A DNA stretch of 56,391 bases from a virus (taxonomy: Duplodnaviria > Caudoviricetes), in IMG/VR virus record IMGVR_UViG_3300011271_000006, positions 1-56,391 of that record; one strand, given 5' to 3'. The notes under the pieces were generated by a model. The model did no database searches. It was given only the letters and a program-made list of their open reading frames with translations, and was not told the origin of the DNA. Made by a program: the position numbers and the translations under genes. Position 1 is the stretch's first letter, and every line of letters begins with the position of its first letter. Of the stretch, positions 10,283-20,086 are shown piece after piece.

Positions 10283-11263
10283 TTATATCCCATCCGCGTT
10301 GAAAATATTAAAACTTTTACCTTTTCTAAGTCCAATTGGCATTTGCATTGCTGGTATCTGTGCATTAGCTTTTTTGATTGTATTCAAAGCTACTTTAGCT
10401 AATGCAACAGTTGTTCCTTTAGGCTCTAATTGATAAGCTGAAAGCAATCGAATAGCTAAATTATAATGTAACGCTTCCTCATATTCAGGAGGCATATCAA
10501 TATCACTATCTAAATTAGATGTAGTATTATTGACTGTATAAGTAAATCCTGCTCCTGCTCCACCTAAATTAACATTAGAAGCAGTTAAAATATCACCAAT
10601 ATTAAAATCTTCACCACCATCGCCTAATATAACTACAGTAACAATACCACCAGCAACAGTGATATTAGCTGTAGCTCCTGTACCCACACTCAATAGAGGA
10701 TCAACAGGAGCTAAAGGAACAGCAACATAAGCACCATTAACATAACCAGCGCCAGCAGTTGTGATACTTCCTGCTGAAATAGTTGTGGGGAAACCAATAG
10801 CTGATTTGATTAATAAATGAATTTCATATTGATTATTAGGAATAGGCCAACAAAATACATTTCCATAAGGATAAGCAGCATCATAAAAAAAATGATCAGG
10901 TAAACTATTTAAATTCTTGACTGTAATCCTTATATAGTCCTCATAACTGAATATTGGATATAATGGTAAACTTACAGGAGTATTACCAGTATTCAATTGA
11001 ACAACATAAGCGCCTTGAATTTTATCAGGTCTAGGTGCGTTATAATATTGACCAGGACCAATTTTGTTTGATTTTAAACTATTGCCTACATTAACTACTT
11101 CTTGTAATGATGGCACAAGATATCTTCGACGCTGCCATTGTGCCACCATTCTTTTTAAAAGTGTAAAAGCATCATTAGTATCTTCAGCAAGCGGAGTTTG
11201 GCCGACACCAAGGGGTCCAGCCTCTTTTAAAGCTAGAGTGATAATATCGCGTGCTGTAGTCAC
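10283..11263 (-). CDS. Head-tail adaptor (gp4-like) with an inserted beta domain
   Basis: MTTARDII..AL...G.LGVGQT...ED..DA...L..M N-terminus and MPPEYEEAL.YNLA.RL C-terminus. Confidence 0.75.
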   Translation of the reverse strand: MTTARDIITLALKEAGPLGVGQTPLAEDTNDAFTLLKRMVAQWQRRRYLVPSLQEVVNVGNSLKSNKIGPGQYYNAPRPDKIQGAYVVQLNTGNTPVSLPLYPIFSYEDYIRITVKNLNSLPDHFFYDAAYPYGNVFCWPIPNNQYEIHLLIKSAIGFPTTISAGSITTAGAGYVNGAYVAVPLAPVDPLLSVGTGATANITVAGGIVTVVILGDGGEDFNIGDILTASNVNLGGAGAGFTYTVNNTTSNLDSDIDMPPEYEEALHYNLAIRLLSAYQLEPKGTTVALAKVALNTIKKANAQIPAMQMPIGLRKGKSFNIFNADGI

Positions 11264-11442
11264 TCAGTCCAACCAGCTTTGACTTCATTAGCTTTAGATT
11301 TAGACTTTTCTTCTTTAGTTCCACAAACCTCTGTTTCTTCTTTCTTATTATGAACTACAACTGATTTACCTTCTTTATCTTTTACCCACTTAGGCCAAAG
11401 TGCAAAACCTTGTGCATTCTTTTCATCATCAATTTCAGGCAT
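11260..11442 (-). CDS. Small hypothetical protein after the coat gene
   Basis: 60 aa, WPKWV motif, aagga RBS. Confidence 0.6.
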   Translation of the reverse strand: MPEIDDEKNAQGFALWPKWVKDKEGKSVVVHNKKEETEVCGTKEEKSKSKANEVKAGWTE

Positions 11443-11466
11443 TTGATAATTCCTTTTTAAAATAAT

Positions 11467-11492
11467 AGTAGGACGATAAATATCATCCTACT
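11467..11492 (-). terminator. Putative intrinsic terminator after the major capsid gene
   Basis: agtaggacgat-aaat-atcatcctact hairpin followed by a T-rich run on the minus strand. Confidence 0.5.
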
Positions 11493-11510
11493 TAACCCAT
11501 TCAATACAAC

Positions 11511-12758
11511 TTATACGCGATCTGCACAGACGCACAACCACTCGGGCCTTATATAAGTTTGCCCGAATAAAACATCAACTCTTGTTGCCAACTGATCACT
11601 TCCAGGAAGATAATCAGTCAAAATACGCATGGCGATACCATCATATTCTGCTCGTGCTGCTTCTTCAACAGCCTTGCGAGGCAACACAAGATCAGCGGTC
11701 GCCATCGTAACAGCCTTTTGCGTATAGGCAATGCTCTTACGATAAACCTCACCACTCTTGCTCGCCATGACAATCGCCGCACCATTCAACGGCGATGCAT
11801 CAACAGTTTGGTATTGAACATCAGGACCACCGGCAACACCAGTTGCAGAAGGTACAAGGCCCGGATAAACACTGATTGAAACAGCACCACTAGCAGCATC
11901 AGCAGTAGCAACAAACTGTCGAAGTGTTCCCAAAGATTGTTTGGTAACACGATTGACTGCATTAACAGCACCAAAAGTTAAAATATCACCTTTCTTAATA
12001 GTGCCATTAGTCGCATTAACTACAATAGCGCCACCACTTACAGCAGTAGTTTGACCACCACCATTGACAGTAGCCAAACTATCATAAGTGCCTGAAGTAT
12101 GTTTAATCACAGTTTGATCGCGAAACCAACGCTCATAACCAAGACCTGATTTCATCATACCAGTGCGATATTGTGCACTAATTTCAGTTGCAGGATTAAG
12201 TAGTCCCTGCAATGAAACAGTAGTGCGTGCATCAGTAGTAGGATCATTGACAACTCGCCTAGTCATAGGATCAGCCGAGTTATCATCAAGGATAGCATTA
12301 GCAAGCAGGAATTGCTCAGAAGTCGGGCTAATAATGTTTCCACCACCGTCAACATTAGAAACAAAATTACAAACGCCACCTTCCGAAGCCAACATAACCG
12401 TTGCCGCAACCTTACCAGCTAGGTTATTGATCATTGGTGCCATGACGATTTCCGAATAATCATCAATGGACATAGTACGTTCCGCAGTAGTAAACGGAAC
12501 AGCAACATTCTTTTGTGAGGTTACAGCAAGAGTAGTAAACTGTGCAGTAGTATTCTGCAATTGCATTGCAGGACCATCAGAGACAGTATAATCATTGGGT
12601 AATCTGATACGAAGAATAGAACCAATCTTCGCACCATCAATGGCAAAAGTGCCATCATACTGAGTATCCATATTCATGATAAAGAGATTACTATTTTTAA
12701 ATAATCTAACAGCTTCTCTGGTAATCATATCTATCGTAAGGAGGGATGAACCGGCCAT
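11511..12758 (-). CDS. Major capsid protein, P22 coat family
   Basis: LLTIDMITREA, GAKIG..LRIRLP, C-terminal RVDVLFG...IRPEW; position after the scaffold gene. Confidence 0.92.
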   Translation of the reverse strand: MAGSSLLTIDMITREAVRLFKNSNLFIMNMDTQYDGTFAIDGAKIGSILRIRLPNDYTVSDGPAMQLQNTTAQFTTLAVTSQKNVAVPFTTAERTMSIDDYSEIVMAPMINNLAGKVAATVMLASEGGVCNFVSNVDGGGNIISPTSEQFLLANAILDDNSADPMTRRVVNDPTTDARTTVSLQGLLNPATEISAQYRTGMMKSGLGYERWFRDQTVIKHTSGTYDSLATVNGGGQTTAVSGGAIVVNATNGTIKKGDILTFGAVNAVNRVTKQSLGTLRQFVATADAASGAVSISVYPGLVPSATGVAGGPDVQYQTVDASPLNGAAIVMASKSGEVYRKSIAYTQKAVTMATADLVLPRKAVEEAARAEYDGIAMRILTDYLPGSDQLATRVDVLFGQTYIRPEWLCVCADRV

Positions 12759-12960
12759 AATAAATAATCCTTAAATTAAGGCGCTATAACAGCGCGCAAA
12801 ATAAAAATCCAAAAGCTTTTGAATTCATGGGGAAGCGCGATGCTTGAGGCGCGCAGTTTTACAAGCTTACAGGGTCATTAAGCGGACCAAGACGCTATGG
12901 CAGGGCCTTTAAAGGCGGCCAAGGGCCTAAATCAAAAATCGCTTACAATAAGTCTATAGC

Positions 12961-13191
12961 TTAGTCAATTACAAATCGCTCATCGCGGCGATATTTTTCA
13001 CGCTTACGATTATCAGCAATATCGCTAAAAATTGGAGTTTCAAGCTCATTCTTACCTTTATTTTCACATTTTAATAAATTTAAATATAGTTTACCACTAC
13101 TAAACCATGTACATGATGTAGTAATATTATCACTTATATTGTAACTATTATACACAACACAAGAATAAAATAATAATTCATAAATATTCAT
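12961..13191 (-). CDS. Hypothetical protein
   Basis: 76-aa ORF with TAATG coupling to the scaffold gene; no recognisable motif. Confidence 0.35.
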   Translation of the reverse strand: MNIYELLFYSCVVYNSYNISDNITTSCTWFSSGKLYLNLLKCENKGKNELETPIFSDIADNRKREKYRRDERFVID

Positions 13192-14057
13192 TATCTCATT
13201 CCTGATAATCGCTGTTTTCGCCTTTCCTCAACCTGCTGATTACGAATACGAACAAATTCAGCCATGCTTTCTTTACCAGTCAAAACAGTTGGTGTTCGTG
13301 CACCACCACCAAGAGGTTCAGGAGGCTCAGGAACTTTAGAAAGTTTCTTTTCCTTATCCTTCTTGGCTTGTTCAGCTAAAGTTGCTGAAAGCTTAGCAAG
13401 TCTAACAGCCATACGAGCAGGACTTAATGACCAAATTTCTTCAGCGTCATCAACATTATTAACTAGATGATTTAGGATAGCTCCACCATTATCCAAATCA
13501 TCAAGAATACCAATCATTTGACTTGGAATAGGTCCAATGTCTTCAGCTAAGATTTTAACTTTGCTATCAAAATCCTTATCAATCTTCTTTGCTGCATCAG
13601 CTAAACGATTGCAAGCAGCAGTAAATTCCTTTTCAAGAATTTTACGAGAAGCAATGTTTTCAGCTTCTTTTTCCAAATCTTCGCGAGTTAAGGTTTCACC
13701 TTCCTCTGTGGTTTTAGCTTCAAGCTTCTTTTCAAGATCAGCAACCTTGCGTTCTAATTCTTTGCGTTTGCCAACTTCTTTATCAATGCGTCTTTGAATA
13801 CGCTCTTTATCTTTTTGAGTTTTAGCCGCAGCTAATTCAGCTTCTAATTCTTCTTCAGTTTTTTCGCTTCCTTCTTTATCAGCTTCCAAAGCCGCTTTTT
13901 CAGCTTCGGCCTTTGCTTCCGCTGCTTCTTCATCAGCTTTCTTAGTGACTTCTTCAGCTTCAATTTCTTCAGGAGTTTTTGTCTCTGATTGAGTAACTTT
14001 AATCTTTTCACGTTCAGCAGCAGCTTTCTCAGCAGGAGTTAATTCTTTATCAGTCAT
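13191..14057 (-). CDS. Scaffolding protein
   Basis: Acidic/charged coiled coil (RIQRRID), PEPPEPLGG linker and basic C-terminal helix; upstream of the coat gene. Confidence 0.8.
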   Translation of the reverse strand: MTDKELTPAEKAAAEREKIKVTQSETKTPEEIEAEEVTKKADEEAAEAKAEAEKAALEADKEGSEKTEEELEAELAAAKTQKDKERIQRRIDKEVGKRKELERKVADLEKKLEAKTTEEGETLTREDLEKEAENIASRKILEKEFTAACNRLADAAKKIDKDFDSKVKILAEDIGPIPSQMIGILDDLDNGGAILNHLVNNVDDAEEIWSLSPARMAVRLAKLSATLAEQAKKDKEKKLSKVPEPPEPLGGGARTPTVLTGKESMAEFVRIRNQQVEERRKQRLSGMR

Positions 14058-14275
14058 AGCACCACCAAATTCCGCTTTGTTATTTCGTTATTGACTTCAG
14101 CTTTTAAATCCAAAAATACTGGATTAATGGGCGGTTGTTGGTTCTTAAATTTTTCATAGTATCGAGGATCAGTTTTACGCTCTATAAGAAAATTTTCTAT
14201 CTTGTCAAGAGAAGTTTTAGCATCAAGCAATTGTTGATCAGTTAATTGCTGAACCTCAGTTTCTTGCCACTTCAT
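14054..14275 (-). CDS. Hypothetical protein
   Basis: 73 aa; ATGA overlaps at both ends. Confidence 0.6.
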   Translation of the reverse strand: MKWQETEVQQLTDQQLLDAKTSLDKIENFLIERKTDPRYYEKFKNQQPPINPVFLDLKAEVNNEITKRNLVVL

Positions 14276-14496
14276 TTGATCTTGCCTAATGCTTCCATTT
14301 GCTCCTTAGCCAACAATTTTACATCGCGCATTAAAGCTTTATCAGTTTTAACTTCTTCTGCTCGCTGTAAAGAACGCAAAGCGTCTTCAGCACGATATCT
14401 ACGTTCTCTTTCTTCATCTTCTTTAGTTCTTTTAACAGGAGCACAAGGTGAAGGATAATCAGCTACCGGAAGCTTGTTAACCTTTTTCTTAGCCAT
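14272..14496 (-). CDS. Hypothetical protein
   Basis: Likely start MAKKKVNK at 14496; RAEDALR.L.RAEE motif. Confidence 0.6.
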   Translation of the reverse strand: MAKKKVNKLPVADYPSPCAPVKRTKEDEERERRYRAEDALRSLQRAEEVKTDKALMRDVKLLAKEQMEALGKIK

Positions 14497-14890
14497 TGAT
14501 TTTATCCTTATGTAAAACCGTTTTAGGTTCAGTTTTAATTTCAATAACCTTTTTCTTCTCAATCATTTCAAGATTTTTTATTACCTTATTAATATCAATA
14601 TTCGGCATATATTTATTCAATGTTGGATCATTATGCCTTTCCATAAGTGCATCATAAATTAGTTGTTTAGCGCTTTCAGAAAAGCTAGGATTACCTAATA
14701 TATCAATTAGATGTTGAACTGCGCGTGGTATAAATTTCTCCACATTAGCTCTAGCGTAAGTTCTAGCATTTTTCCATTTACTTGTCATTCCCTGAGAACG
14801 ACCAATTTCGTACCATGTTGTAGCAAGTGCCAATGCTGTTTCCTCAATCACTTTATGCTTAGGTATTGTAATAATGTCCATAACATTCAC
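14489..14890 (-). CDS. Hypothetical protein
   Basis: 133-aa ORF within a tightly packed operon. Confidence 0.6.
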   Translation of the reverse strand: MNVMDIITIPKHKVIEETALALATTWYEIGRSQGMTSKWKNARTYARANVEKFIPRAVQHLIDILGNPSFSESAKQLIYDALMERHNDPTLNKYMPNIDINKVIKNLEMIEKKKVIEIKTEPKTVLHKDKING

Positions 14891-15840
14891 AATAAAAAGG
14901 GGTTATAGTCAACGGGTGTGATCTTAGGTTTCTTCCTATCTTCAAACTCAGGAGTATGATCAACTGGTGTAACACCAGCAGAGAAAAGTGGAAAGCCTTC
15001 TTTCAAAGCTTTAGCTTTTAATTCCGGTGTGAGTTTAAGGACATGAATAGTTTGCTTACCTACAATTGGTTTTAATTCACCACCATATTTTTCAGCTAAA
15101 GCTTTACTTCCATATTTACTTATAGCTTCTTTAAAAGTTTCTCCATTATGCATAGCATTAGCTATATCTGTTAATTGACTATCTTCCCTAGCTGTTAATT
15201 TTAATTTATCAGATTTAGATTTTAATTCATTAATATCCAAATCAGGACCATTATATTCATATCTTAAATCACTTACTTTTTGAATTTCCTTCTGCTCAAC
15301 CTTACTACCATATTTCTTAGATATTGCATTAGCTTTAGCAACTAACATATCATCATAGAACTTCATCATACCTTCACCACCAACTTTAAGATCAAGACCT
15401 GATAGAAAATGAATTTCTTTATTAGGACTTTTATCAGTTGGTGAATTAATAAGTTTATCAGCAGCTTCTTTACCTACATAATCAGTTAATTTATCAGGTC
15501 CAACTTGTTCACGAATTACAACTTTCCCATTATGATCTTTAGCTTGTAAATCATTATTAGTTTTATTCCAACGTAATTCAGTTATTTGCTTACTTAAATC
15601 ATATCTAGCTGCTTGTGCTTCACCAGGGGTCCAACTGATCGCGTCCTTATTTTCCTCCACTGCTTGTCGAATAACTCGCTTTAATAATAAATCAGGCCAA
15701 GAGGTTTTGAATGGAGCGTTAGGTAAATTTTGAACATCAGGAATAAATTTATATGCTTCAGAAGGCAACATTTTTTCTAGCTCTTTAGCTAATTCATCTT
15801 GTGTATATTCTTTACCCTTATATTCAAATCTACATGCCAT
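14887..15840 (-). CDS. Large-polyvalent-protein-type domain, C-terminal half
   Basis: PNAPFK.SW..L.LKR....AVE...DAISWTPG..QA.RYDLSKQI and LKVGGEGM..FYD motifs. Confidence 0.65.
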   Translation of the reverse strand: MACRFEYKGKEYTQDELAKELEKMLPSEAYKFIPDVQNLPNAPFKTSWPDLLLKRVIRQAVEENKDAISWTPGEAQAARYDLSKQITELRWNKTNNDLQAKDHNGKVVIREQVGPDKLTDYVGKEAADKLINSPTDKSPNKEIHFLSGLDLKVGGEGMMKFYDDMLVAKANAISKKYGSKVEQKEIQKVSDLRYEYNGPDLDINELKSKSDKLKLTAREDSQLTDIANAMHNGETFKEAISKYGSKALAEKYGGELKPIVGKQTIHVLKLTPELKAKALKEGFPLFSAGVTPVDHTPEFEDRKKPKITPVDYNPFLL

Positions 15841-16489
15841 TGTAAAATCTCAAAGACGTATTATTAGTTCTATGACCCGAAAGCATGTTATATAAAGTTT
15901 TCATTTTTAAATTATAATTATCAACAGCCTTTCCCACACTCGGGTAAACTTGTTTTGTAAAATCATCAATTACTTTTCTAGCAACTTTGGTAATTTTACC
16001 ATAATTAGGATTTTTATCACTTAATTTAGCTAAAGCTAAATTATCTCGCCATGACTGAGGAAGTTTATCATCACGCTTTACAACACCACCATTACCGTCA
16101 TTCTTTCGAGCAACGCGAATAGCTGAAATCCAAGCTTCTGATCTAAAACCACTAGCCGCAATACTTCTTTTCTTTCTTAATTCATCAGATATAGTTAATC
16201 CACAAAAACTTTCGCTACCATCAGTTAAATTAACAAGATTTTCACGACCTATTATAGCTATAATTTCTTTTTCTAATCGTTGCGCTTCTTCATCAGTTTT
16301 ACAATTAGCTATTACATTAATTATAATACCATGTTTATTAACAATATTTTTCCAATGATTATTACTATGAGTCTCGCGCGCTCTATTATAATTATGAATT
16401 TTGTCTTTAGCGCGATGTGAGCCTTTACCAACATAAAAAGGCATTCCATCGCTGGCTTTAAAATGAATATAAACGTAATGTCGCCACAT
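15830..16489 (-). mobile_element. Free-standing GIY-YIG-type homing endonuclease
   Basis: YVYIH....G.PFYVGKG..RA, A..LE..II, LVNLTDG, with NUMOD-like C-terminal segments; likely ATG at 16489. Confidence 0.8.
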
Positions 16490-16490
16490 G

Positions 16491-17717
16491 CTAATCACAA
16501 ATCTTTTTAATTACACCAGCTTGTATCATACGATCAGTAATGTTGTCAAAATCTTTATTTATAGCTTCTTTAATTTTTATACTTTCGCGTCTATGACCCT
16601 GCCCAAAATCACTTTGTATTTCTTCAATATGTAAACTCTTTCCTACTCCTGGTATATCTCTATCATTCATACGAATATGAGCTAAGACATTAGGTTCATC
16701 CCAATGTGAGGTTTTGAAAGTTTCACTTATATTACCTTCTTTTCGATCAAAACTATCAGCGACCGCTTGTGCTTCCCATTCCTTATTATATTGACCAAAT
16801 TTCTCACCATTGGGCCTTAAAACCTTATAATAACCACCTTCATTTATAATTTTATTTTGAGCACCTTTTCGCTCAGGCAACTGTAACAACAATTCCCTAT
16901 AACTATTACCACCAGAAAGTTGCCATTGAGAATATTTAGGCGAATTAAAATTATCAGGATCAGAAGTTGAACCTCCCTTCCAAACCTCATTCAATCTAAC
17001 CTTATTATCAGCAATATGTTGCTCTAATTGCTGTTTTGTAATCTGACCTTTAGGTAAGCTTTCTAAATTAGTCCAAGCTAATTCCTCTTGTCTAATTCCA
17101 GGTTGATTTTTAAGAAAACCTAACCATTGCTCGGCTGTAGCTGAATTCTGCTTAGCATTGCTTACAGCCTTTTCAACTGTGGAAAAAAAAGTAGGAGCGA
17201 CTTCACCAGTCATTTGTTTACCCATTTGTCTAACCATTCCACTACCTAATGATACTATTCCAGCTTTCATCGCTAAAGGACCACCACCGGCCATACCAGC
17301 AATATCTTGTGCTCGCTGAATTCCTTCCTCACTTAAAGGATCAACTTCACCACTATAAACTTGACCAGGAAGTGTAGCAGCACTTCGCACCATTCTCTCA
17401 GGCCAAATTTGATAACGATTTTCACCAATCAAAGCTTTACCATATTCCTTAACAGGAGCTTGACTAGCCGCTACATCTTCAGGACTAGCTTGCCTAATAG
17501 GTTGTCTAGCTCGCATACGAGCAGCTACAGCTTCCCAAGGATTATAAACTAATTCAGGTGGTGTTTCAACTGGAAGCGCAAAAGATTGAGCTTGAGATTG
17601 AATAGTTTGAGAACTAACTACAGGATATAAAGGATTAACTGTATCGTCGCCAGTAGGTTCATTCTCACCAGCTTGATAATACGGTAAACCTTCTTCAGTA
17701 TATTGAAGCTTAGCCAT
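16491..17717 (-). CDS. Large-polyvalent-protein-type domain, N-terminal half
   Basis: KYSQWQL.GG..YRELLL.LP and SHWDEPNVLAHIRMNDR....K.LHIEEIQSD motifs. Confidence 0.65.
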   Translation of the reverse strand: MAKLQYTEEGLPYYQAGENEPTGDDTVNPLYPVVSSQTIQSQAQSFALPVETPPELVYNPWEAVAARMRARQPIRQASPEDVAASQAPVKEYGKALIGENRYQIWPERMVRSAATLPGQVYSGEVDPLSEEGIQRAQDIAGMAGGGPLAMKAGIVSLGSGMVRQMGKQMTGEVAPTFFSTVEKAVSNAKQNSATAEQWLGFLKNQPGIRQEELAWTNLESLPKGQITKQQLEQHIADNKVRLNEVWKGGSTSDPDNFNSPKYSQWQLSGGNSYRELLLQLPERKGAQNKIINEGGYYKVLRPNGEKFGQYNKEWEAQAVADSFDRKEGNISETFKTSHWDEPNVLAHIRMNDRDIPGVGKSLHIEEIQSDFGQGHRRESIKIKEAINKDFDNITDRMIQAGVIKKICD

Positions 17718-20086
17718 TACTCAACTCTAGAATATTTTCCAGGTTCATGTTCGATATAATAATTTCCATCCTTAGCCTTCCTAGCTCCCTCTATCGGTGG
17801 TTGTTCCTCAGTTCCTTTTCCATTTGGCTTTCCCTGCCCATTAGAAGCCTGTAGGCTCGCTTGTTCTGCCGCCAATTCTGCGGCCGTCTTGATGCCGATT
17901 TCCTCACCAGCGCCCGGCTCACCAGCATTCAACATACCCCTAACCAGCATTTGCACTATAGGCTGTATCTGTTCAACTGATATAGCAGGACCACTATTTC
18001 CTAAAGAAGTTAATCGCCGCGTCTCAGCTTCATAATCAAGCCTAGCTGCTTCTGCTTCAGCTTCCTTACGTCTTAAATCAAGCTCTTGTGCTTTAATATC
18101 CAACTCTTTATCTTTATCAGCTAAATCTTTGGCTTTTTGACCTAACAACGTTGTTAACTGTTGTATCTTATCACTCGCCTGATGCATAACTTGTTCAGTT
18201 TGAGGATCAGGTGCATCACCTGTTATATTAGGAGGAATAAGCTTTTTATATCGCTCAGCTAATACATCAGCTTGCGGAAAATCAAGCATTTTAAAGAAGA
18301 TATCACCACCAACATTCATAAATTCTTTATTTGCTTGTGCTAATTGTGTTAATGCTTGTGCAGCTTCCATACGCTTAGTAGCATAGCTTGGACCTGTATC
18401 AGCTTGAATATCATATATCCCAAAATTAGGATTAAAAGCAATTTCAATAACTTGTTGATCCTTATCCATCATAGGCTGTTGAGGATTACCACCTTTAACC
18501 ATTTCTTGTTGTAATTCAGGATCAATAGTAACATTCATTATACTTCCATCGCTCGCCATAATCCTCTTAACACGTTTAGTGTCATAAATCTTAGGAATAA
18601 GATCAATCAATATCTTGCCAGTATAACGAATAGCAATAGCGAGATTATCAATAAAGTGGTAAGTAGCTCTATCACCTTGTCTTTGACGCGCATTAATTGC
18701 GATACCTGATTTAGCATTTTCATTTTCACCTAATTGAGCTTGATATTGCCCACTCGCCATCATCATTTCATTTTGAGCAATCTTTAATCCTTCTGTATAA
18801 GCCAATCCAGGTTGCGGAGGCTGTGGGCGAGAAGGCGGCGGAATAGATTGACCATCTTCCCCCATATGATTATATGGCAAATAACTATGATTAGTAGTAT
18901 TCGCCGTTTTATAATATTCCTCAAATCCCTCTATTGCGTCAACAGGAGCAATCCAAGGTGCTTTAGTTTGTAAAGCTCCATATTCAACATTCGCCGATGT
19001 ATTGTAGTTATAGATTTGCTGAGCATTAATTAATGATCGTGTGTGCCCCTTACGATCAAGAATGCCATCAATAACAGTTTCAGTACCAATTAAACGTACT
19101 ATAGGAATATATTTACCTAACCATTCTCTTTCTTGAATAATTCTATCGCCAGCTATTTTATACCATTTAATATTATCAGTTAAAACCTTACGTTCCTGAA
19201 ATTTGTAGGCAACTCGATTTTCAGGAAATCCCTTGATTGCTTTATATGTCAGCTTTTCAACATCATTTAATTCACTCAAATATTTAATTATTTGTTCACG
19301 AGTATCGGGCTTTATCCATGCAACAAGTTTATCCTTTTCTTGTGTTTTCTTAAAATATTCACAAACTCTTACATTATCTTTAGTGATCCAACCATCAGTA
19401 CCACCATTATTCAATGTTGTCTGACCAGCTATTGAAGCGAATTCAGGATATTCTTCTTCAAATAATTCCTTTGGCATATCCTCGAATATAAAACCATATC
19501 GAGCGTCTGAACCATCAACCTCATTGATAAATTTATCCAAATAGACTGATCTAGGGTCTTTAATACGTCTTATATAAATTTCTTGATCAAAACTCTTGCT
19601 ACCAATCCAATCTGTATCAACTCGCCAATAACCAACACCAGCTTGTACTTGTGTTACTGTCGCACTATCATAAACATTTTCAGCACTTGAAATATATTCA
19701 ATATGATAAATTAATTCCTGAAAAACTTGTGCTCCCTCAAATGATGCATCATCCCCAACAGGTCTAATTCTGACACCCGGCTTATTTTGCTTGGCGTCAT
19801 TAATAATCATCAAATTGTGTTGAGCAGTTTTATTGATAGTAAGACAAGGCCGATCCTCTAATTCACGCCTTAGAACTAGATCACTATCCCATTGATATTT
19901 ATTGTGGGTATCTCCATTTGCAAATTTGATATCATATTCATATAACAAACGAGCATTATTTTCCCATTCCTCACATTCTTTATAAAGCTTTTTAGCTTCA
20001 ATAATTAATTGATTTTCTTCCTCTGTTTGCTTAGGAGGTTCTTTCCATTCGCTTGACCACATATCAGGCATTACGCGCCCATCCAA
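17717..20086 (-). CDS. Portal protein, P22-like
   Basis: RPCLTINK, N..SGIAI.ARQ.QGD...YHFIDNL, YDI..DTGPSYATKR.EA. Confidence 0.92.
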   Translation of the reverse strand: MDGRVMPDMWSSEWKEPPKQTEEENQLIIEAKKLYKECEEWENNARLLYEYDIKFANGDTHNKYQWDSDLVLRRELEDRPCLTINKTAQHNLMIINDAKQNKPGVRIRPVGDDASFEGAQVFQELIYHIEYISSAENVYDSATVTQVQAGVGYWRVDTDWIGSKSFDQEIYIRRIKDPRSVYLDKFINEVDGSDARYGFIFEDMPKELFEEEYPEFASIAGQTTLNNGGTDGWITKDNVRVCEYFKKTQEKDKLVAWIKPDTREQIIKYLSELNDVEKLTYKAIKGFPENRVAYKFQERKVLTDNIKWYKIAGDRIIQEREWLGKYIPIVRLIGTETVIDGILDRKGHTRSLINAQQIYNYNTSANVEYGALQTKAPWIAPVDAIEGFEEYYKTANTTNHSYLPYNHMGEDGQSIPPPSRPQPPQPGLAYTEGLKIAQNEMMMASGQYQAQLGENENAKSGIAINARQRQGDRATYHFIDNLAIAIRYTGKILIDLIPKIYDTKRVKRIMASDGSIMNVTIDPELQQEMVKGGNPQQPMMDKDQQVIEIAFNPNFGIYDIQADTGPSYATKRMEAAQALTQLAQANKEFMNVGGDIFFKMLDFPQADVLAERYKKLIPPNITGDAPDPQTEQVMHQASDKIQQLTTLLGQKAKDLADKDKELDIKAQELDLRRKEAEAEAARLDYEAETRRLTSLGNSGPAISVEQIQPIVQMLVRGMLNAGEPGAGEEIGIKTAAELAAEQASLQASNGQGKPNGKGTEEQPPIEGARKAKDGNYYIEHEPGKYSRVE

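Noticed and set aside
15830-16498. Group I intron around the endonuclease
   Set aside because: There is no non-coding flank for P3-P9 elements because the ORFs abut or overlap on both sides; not fully excluded without RNA data
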